Assembly (NCBI GenBank): GCA_963663995.1
Contig: OY760660.1
Coordinates: 60,001-92,000, forward strand
Reading direction: 5' to 3'
Length of the DNA stretch: 32,000 nucleotides
Origin: Erysipelotrichaceae bacterium
GTDB lineage: Bacteria; Bacillota_I; Bacilli_A; Erysipelotrichales; Erysipelotrichaceae
The translations under genes and the position numbers were made by a program. The notes under the pieces were generated by a model. That model did not search any database and had not been told where the DNA came from. It saw nothing but the letters and a program-made list of their open reading frames with translations. Positions 27,361 through 32,000 of the stretch are shown one piece after another (the stretch's first letter is position 1; the number at the start of each line of letters is the position of its first letter).

Positions 27361-28017
27361 CTATTCTCCTTTAAATAAGTCATCCATGCCATAAAGTCCA
27401 GGTTTTTGAGAAGCTAAGAAAACAGCCGCATCTAAGGCGCCATAGGCAAAGACTTCTCTACTTTGTGCTTTATGAGTAATCTCAATTCTTTCTTGATCAT
27501 AAGCAAAGATCACGCTATGATCGCCAACAACTGTTCCTAGACGTAAAGATGATGTTGGAATATTTCCACCTAAGGTCGTCGCTAATTCTTTAGCTGTCCC
27601 TGATGGTGCATCTTTTTTACGATTATGGTGGATATCAATAATCTCAATATCAACATTATCACTGATTTCTTGTGCATACTTAATTAATTTCTTTAAGCGA
27701 TGTATGCCTAAAGAATAGTTGGCTGAAACAAAAACAGGAATTTCTTTTGATGCATCAGCTAATCTTTCTACAATTCTTTCATCATAACCGGTTACGGCAA
27801 TCAATAAAGGCGTTTTGTTTCTAAGCGCAAAGTCGATGGTTTTATCCATAATACTCGCAGTTGAGAAATCAATGATCGCATCTCCATCAAAATCTGAACT
27901 AAAATTGAGTTCGCAGTTAATTTGGTCAATGCCGACCATTTCATAACCTTTTTCGTTTCCAACACGTCTAACGATTTGGCCCATGTGGCCATTACTACCT
28001 ATAATACAGAATTTCAT
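27361..28017 (-). CDS. dapB: 4-hydroxy-tetrahydrodipicolinate reductase, short form
   Basis: The N-terminal Rossmann motif KFCIIGSNGHMG, then HHNRKKDAPSGTA, the DapB substrate-domain signature. ATGA overlap with dapA. Confidence 0.85.
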   Translation of the reverse strand: MKFCIIGSNGHMGQIVRRVGNEKGYEMVGIDQINCELNFSSDFDGDAIIDFSTASIMDKTIDFALRNKTPLLIAVTGYDERIVERLADASKEIPVFVSANYSLGIHRLKKLIKYAQEISDNVDIEIIDIHHNRKKDAPSGTAKELATTLGGNIPTSSLRLGTVVGDHSVIFAYDQERIEITHKAQSREVFAYGALDAAVFLASQKPGLYGMDDLFKGE

Positions 28018-28901
28018 TCACACACCTCTACAAGTCCTTGTCCTTTTAGAACGCAGACAAGACTCTTTCTATTATCTTCTTCCATATCAACTAATGGAAG
28101 CCTCGTGACTCCAACATTTTTGCCCATCGCATTTAAGGCAACTTTTACTCCCACTGGGTTTGTCTCAATAAAGAGCGTTTTATGAAGTGTTAATAAACGT
28201 TGATGAATCTTATTAGCTTCTTTTAGATTTCCTGCTAAGGCTAAGTCACATTGTTGAGCTAAAAGATTTGGGACAACATTAGCTGTGACTGAAATGATGC
28301 CATCAGCACCCCACTCTAAACAATCTTGGTTTTGGTCATCATTTCCACAATAGACACCAAAGTCTGCCGGTGCTTTTTCAATAATTTCTTTGATTTGATC
28401 ATCATTATGACTAGCTTCTTTGACACCTACAATCCATTTATTTTGAGCACAAGCTAAAATGGTTTCTGCTTCCATGTTTAAACTTGTACGTCCAGGTACA
28501 TTATATATAATGGCTGGCATTTCGACTGTATCAACAATTGTTGTGAAGTGTGCAATTAAACCACGTTGTTGAGGTTTATTGTAATAAGGGACAACAAGTA
28601 ATATTCCATCATAGCCAAATCCCTTGATTTTTAATGAGCGTTCAATGGAGTCAGCTGTACAGTTATCACCAGTATTGGCAATAAGAACAATACGCCCTGC
28701 AGCTATTTCAGCAACAGTTTTCCACACTAAGATTTTTTCATCTTCAGTCATGGTCGCATTTTCACCAGTGGTGCCTAAAACAATTAAGGCTTTTGTTCCT
28801 TCTTGAATGTGCCATTCAACAAGTTCTTTTAATTTTTCAAGATCAACTCCATTTTCTGTAAATGGTGTAACGATCGCAACGCCAGATCCTTTAAATAACA
28901 T
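28014..28901 (-). CDS. dapA: 4-hydroxy-tetrahydrodipicolinate synthase
   Basis: 295 aa. GTTGE, YNVPGRT and the GVKEAS active-site Lys region. Confidence 0.92.
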   Translation of the reverse strand: MLFKGSGVAIVTPFTENGVDLEKLKELVEWHIQEGTKALIVLGTTGENATMTEDEKILVWKTVAEIAAGRIVLIANTGDNCTADSIERSLKIKGFGYDGILLVVPYYNKPQQRGLIAHFTTIVDTVEMPAIIYNVPGRTSLNMEAETILACAQNKWIVGVKEASHNDDQIKEIIEKAPADFGVYCGNDDQNQDCLEWGADGIISVTANVVPNLLAQQCDLALAGNLKEANKIHQRLLTLHKTLFIETNPVGVKVALNAMGKNVGVTRLPLVDMEEDNRKSLVCVLKGQGLVEVCE

Positions 28902-28904
28902 CCT

Positions 28905-29696
28905 CTATCCTCCAATTTCTATCTCTGCAATTTTAACTGCAGGTCCATTTAAATAAACGTTCTTATCTGTGACTAAGACTTTGCATGTTCCACCTGGAGC
29001 CAATACCAAGACTTCTTCATGTACTAAGTTTTCTTTTATCGCCACATAAGCACTAGCACTAATGCCAGTTCCACAAGCAAGTGTCCAACCAGCGCCTCTT
29101 TCATGTGTTCTAACTTCTATTTTTTCTTTTGAATGAACTTTAACAAAGTTCACATTAATATCTTGTGGGAAACAAGCATCACTGGTGATGATGGGTCCTA
29201 ATCTATCAATGTTTTCATAATCTTCGACAAAGACCACCGCATGTAATGTTCCCAAGTGCAGGGTATGAATGTCTAAATGAAACTTTTCATAATTCCACTT
29301 AATTAAATCACCAGGACATAATGTCTCGGTATCATTTAAGGATCTTGGCAACATTAATCCTAATTCTATCCATTTACTATCTTCATCAAATGTTACTTGG
29401 ATATCGCCAGCATCTGTTTCAACACAAAATGTGTTTTGACTTAAAATTTTTTCATCGAGGACAAAGCGTGTGAAACAACGTAAACCATTACCACACATTT
29501 TGGCAGGACTTCCATCAGAATTTAAATATTTCATTTTAATATCAGCATGATCTGATGATTCAACCCACATTAAGCCATCGGCCCCAATTCCAAAGTGACG
29601 ATCACAAACTTCTTTCGCAAAACGTTCTGGATGATCTGGTTTTGATGTGACTAAGATGAAGTCATTCCCTAAACCATGATACTTTGCACATCTCAT
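28905..29696 (-). CDS. dapF: Diaminopimelate epimerase
   Basis: 263 aa. KYHGLGNDFIL, MCGNGLRC and ACGTG catalytic Cys motifs. Confidence 0.9.
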   Translation of the reverse strand: MRCAKYHGLGNDFILVTSKPDHPERFAKEVCDRHFGIGADGLMWVESSDHADIKMKYLNSDGSPAKMCGNGLRCFTRFVLDEKILSQNTFCVETDAGDIQVTFDEDSKWIELGLMLPRSLNDTETLCPGDLIKWNYEKFHLDIHTLHLGTLHAVVFVEDYENIDRLGPIITSDACFPQDINVNFVKVHSKEKIEVRTHERGAGWTLACGTGISASAYVAIKENLVHEEVLVLAPGGTCKVLVTDKNVYLNGPAVKIAEIEIGG

Positions 29697-30895
29697 AATT
29701 TAAAATCCTGAGCGAGGGCTATCATTGCTTTTTCTTTAAAGGATTTATCCATGGTATAGCTAATGCTGATTTCTGAGGTAGAAACAAGTTTGAATTCAAT
29801 ACCTTCTTGTAGGAATAAATCAAAGACATTAGCGGCAACCCCACTTTGTGTGCGCATACCTTCACCAACGATTGAAACTTTAACGTTATCTGTATCCAAA
29901 TTGTATTCAATTTGATTATCTTCATTTTTTAGACTATTTAATATTTTTTCGACCGAAACTTGATCATTTTTAGATATCGTAAAGGAAATACTTAAAAAGT
30001 GATCAGTGGTAATACTTTGAGTAATTACGTCAACATTAACTTCATTCTCAGCTAATAGTTTAAAAAGATGAGCACTGACTTGTCCTTTATTAACTTTTGC
30101 TTCAACACTGACTAATACAACATCATCAATGGCAGTTACGCCAGTTACACTTTTTTGTTCCATATTGCTTTTCTCCTTAATCCAAGTACCTACTTCATCT
30201 GAATGGGCACTGCCTACATAGATATTGACTCCATAACGTTGACCAATTTCAATGGATCGAGGCTCCATAATTTTGGCACCCAAGAAAGCCATTTCTTTCA
30301 TTTCATCATAGGATATTTCGAGTATTTGTTTGGCTTGTGGAAAAATCCGTGGATCTATCCCATATATTCCACTAACATCAGTATAAATCTCAACATCACA
30401 GCCAATCGCAGCCGCTAAGGCTACAGCACTGGTGTCAGATCCACCTCGACCTAAAGTTGTAATATCACCTAATTCATTGATGCCTTGAAAACCAGCCACC
30501 ACAACGACCTTGTTTTGGTCAAGTTGTTCAACGATACGTTTAGGATCAATCGAATTAATTTTATTTTTAGTATGTAACCCATGGGTTAAGATACCAGCTT
30601 GTGCACCGGTTAAACCAATCGCATCCACCCCTAATTCATCCAATGCCATGGTCATAAGTGAAACAGTGACTTGCTCACCGGTCGACAACAACATATCCAT
30701 TTCACGCTTTTTAGGTGACGTCGAAATTTGATTAGCGAGATCGATTAAACCATTGGTTGATTTACCCATCGCTGAAACCACTATAACAAGTTTAAAACCT
30801 TCAGCTTGACGCTTTTGAATGCGTAAAGCTAAAGCTTGAATTTTTTCAACAGTTGCGACGGATGATCCGCCAAATTTGAGAACACGAGTTTGCAT
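29693..30895 (-). CDS. lysC: Aspartate kinase
   Basis: 400 aa. KFGGSSV, VVSAMG and GRGGSD motifs with C-terminal ACT domains. RBS AAGGAAG. Confidence 0.92.
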   Translation of the reverse strand: MQTRVLKFGGSSVATVEKIQALALRIQKRQAEGFKLVIVVSAMGKSTNGLIDLANQISTSPKKREMDMLLSTGEQVTVSLMTMALDELGVDAIGLTGAQAGILTHGLHTKNKINSIDPKRIVEQLDQNKVVVVAGFQGINELGDITTLGRGGSDTSAVALAAAIGCDVEIYTDVSGIYGIDPRIFPQAKQILEISYDEMKEMAFLGAKIMEPRSIEIGQRYGVNIYVGSAHSDEVGTWIKEKSNMEQKSVTGVTAIDDVVLVSVEAKVNKGQVSAHLFKLLAENEVNVDVITQSITTDHFLSISFTISKNDQVSVEKILNSLKNEDNQIEYNLDTDNVKVSIVGEGMRTQSGVAANVFDLFLQEGIEFKLVSTSEISISYTMDKSFKEKAMIALAQDFKL

Positions 30896-30907
30896 ATTTT
30901 CTTCCTT

Positions 30908-30942
30908 AAAAAATAAAAACCACCTGACAAAAGGTCGAGTGG
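30908..30942 (-). terminator. Riboswitch expression-platform terminator
   Basis: Minus strand: CCACTCGAC-cttttg-GTCAGGTGG followed by TTTTTATTTTTT, ending about 12 nt before the lysC RBS. Confidence 0.75.
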
Positions 30943-30959
30943 CTGCGTGTTTCCTTTTG

Positions 30960-31122
30960 CCCTTAACCAGTAGTTAGATATAAGCACACTTAGAAATATT
31001 GTAGGGCACAATAATTCTAAACAGTGATATGTTTATTCAACATACCCCCAGCATCGCACAAGACGCTTCGGCGATGACCCCTCATTCTGTTTAGAACTAA
31101 TGATCACTCGCAACCTCTTATA
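30960..31122 (-). promoter_or_regulatory. Lysine riboswitch (L-box) aptamer
   Basis: The minus strand contains AGAGGTTGCGA, GAGGGGTCATCGCCGAAG, GCTGG, TTGAATAAA and CACTGT blocks. These occur in the same order and spacing as the Bacillus subtilis lysC leader. Aptamer boundaries are approximate. Confidence 0.85.
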
Positions 31123-31146
31123 TCTGTGGTTGATTCAGTTTTTCCA

Positions 31147-31175
31147 AAAATACCATTTTTACCCACTAAAGTCAA
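31147..31175 (-). promoter_or_regulatory. Candidate promoter for the L-box/lysC operon
   Basis: Minus strand: TTGACT (31175-31170), 17-nt spacer ending in TGG, TATTTT (31152-31147). Confidence 0.45.
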
Positions 31176-31225
31176 TGAAAGAAAAGCTCTTTCCCTAATT
31201 TTCTTTCTCTATATATAATAAAGAT

Positions 31226-32000
31226 ATGAAGAAAGCGATTCCAAGCATTGATATAAGCCGATTTATCTTAGCTTTTTTTGTTTTAGTTATTCATTTTAGA
31301 CCGTTTATTGATGTAAGTGAAATGAGCGATTTAATCATCTCTCATGGACTATCGCGTTTAGCCGTACCTTTTTATTTAGTCTGTGCGGGATATTTTCTGC
31401 ATTTAGATAAAATTATTCCCACTATTAAACACTACATCAAACTTTATTTAAAGTGGTCTTTAGCTTATAGTCCTGTTGTTATCTTTATCTATGTTTTCAA
31501 TCAAAGATCTTTCTTAGAAGATTTATTAATTTTTATCAAAGAATTTTTCTTTCAAGGAACCGTTATTCATTTATGGTATTTACCACATTCTGCACTTGCT
31601 CTATTCCTTTTATATTTGTTAAAAAAGAAATTCAAAATCGAAACGATCTTAATCATTTCATTTGTTTTATTTACAATCGGTGTCTTTGCTGATGCTTATA
31701 GTGGTTGGATATCACCAAGTTCATTTTTCTATCCTATTCAACATGCTTACCTAAATCTATTCATCACATCACGTAATGGATTATTCTTTGCTTTATTTTT
31801 TATCAGTTTAGGTGTTTATCTTAAAGATACTAAAGTCTTAAGTTTAAAAATATCTTTGATTGGTTTTATCTTGAGTTTAATATTAATGATTTTTGAGTTA
31901 GTATTTGTGATTTATCCAAAAGACCCAATTGATTATAACTATTACTTTTCTTTAATTCCAACCATGTTTTTTATGTTTCATATGCTTTTAAAAATTGATT
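31226..32000 (+). CDS. Acyltransferase-3 family membrane protein, 5' portion that runs off the window
   Basis: The frame is open from the ATG at 31226 to the window end (258 codons, checked codon by codon). It is absent from the ORF track because it has no stop. The sequence is polytopic, with RLAVPFYLVCAGYF and HLWYLP motifs typical of PF01757-type acyltransferases. Confidence 0.7.
   Translation, partial: MKKAIPSIDISRFILAFFVLVIHFRPFIDVSEMSDLIISHGLSRLAVPFYLVCAGYFLHLDKIIPTIKHYIKLYLKWSLAYSPVVIFIYVFNQRSFLEDLLIFIKEFFFQGTVIHLWYLPHSALALFLLYLLKKKFKIETILIISFVLFTIGVFADAYSGWISPSSFFYPIQHAYLNLFITSRNGLFFALFFISLGVYLKDTKVLSLKISLIGFILSLILMIFELVFVIYPKDPIDYNYYFSLIPTMFFMFHMLLKID

Noticed and set aside
30829-31011. 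60-aa minus-strand ORF upstream of and overlapping lysC
   Set aside because: It is out of frame with lysC and covers the riboswitch expression platform and terminator, so it is non-coding leader RNA.

Overview
This window is a low-GC, gene-dense chromosomal segment of Bacillota type. It uses the standard genetic code: TGA acts as a stop and Trp is TGG. Most of the content is core metabolism and transport. In order, the window holds:
- the 3' tip of a probable oppA, then oppBCDF;
- a convergent gene junction carrying a small GNAT acetyltransferase insert;
- a thioredoxin-like gene and class II fba on the minus strand;
- a plus-strand run of pduL-like, lipid kinase, LacX-type aldose epimerase, nagB, Cof-type HAD phosphatase and trxA;
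- an XRE/cupin regulator followed by potABCD and a second tandem potD;
- a nine-gene tRNA cluster (Cys, Leu, Arg, Pro, Met, Ile2-CAU, Ser, fMet, Phe);
- a very small beta-carbonic-anhydrase-like ORF and an orphan GH1 6-phospho-beta-glucosidase;
- a four-gene translationally coupled block (YwaF-like membrane protein, PHP-domain protein, rimO, VanY-type peptidase);
- pepF;
- a six-gene minus-strand lysine/DAP operon (lysC-dapF-dapA-dapB-dapH-deacetylase) behind a clear L-box lysine riboswitch;
- the 5' part of an acyltransferase-3 membrane protein that runs off the window.

I found no CRISPR array, rRNA, transposase, integrase, phage gene or recognisable defence system.

The least ordinary region is 4062-5334. 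There the GNAT gene sits between oppF and the thioredoxin-like gene and is bracketed by 57-bp imperfect inverted repeats (52/57 aligned positions match). Each repeat begins just after a flanking stop codon. A third partial copy of the same module lies inside the region, next to a 12-bp tandem array rich in AAATCGCA.

Secondary points of interest:
- a PHP-domain protein that appears to have lost most canonical metal ligands;
- paired 17-bp palindromes in front of the pot regulator;
- several candidate leaderless genes.

All calls come from reading the sequence and ORF translations by eye. No database search was run.
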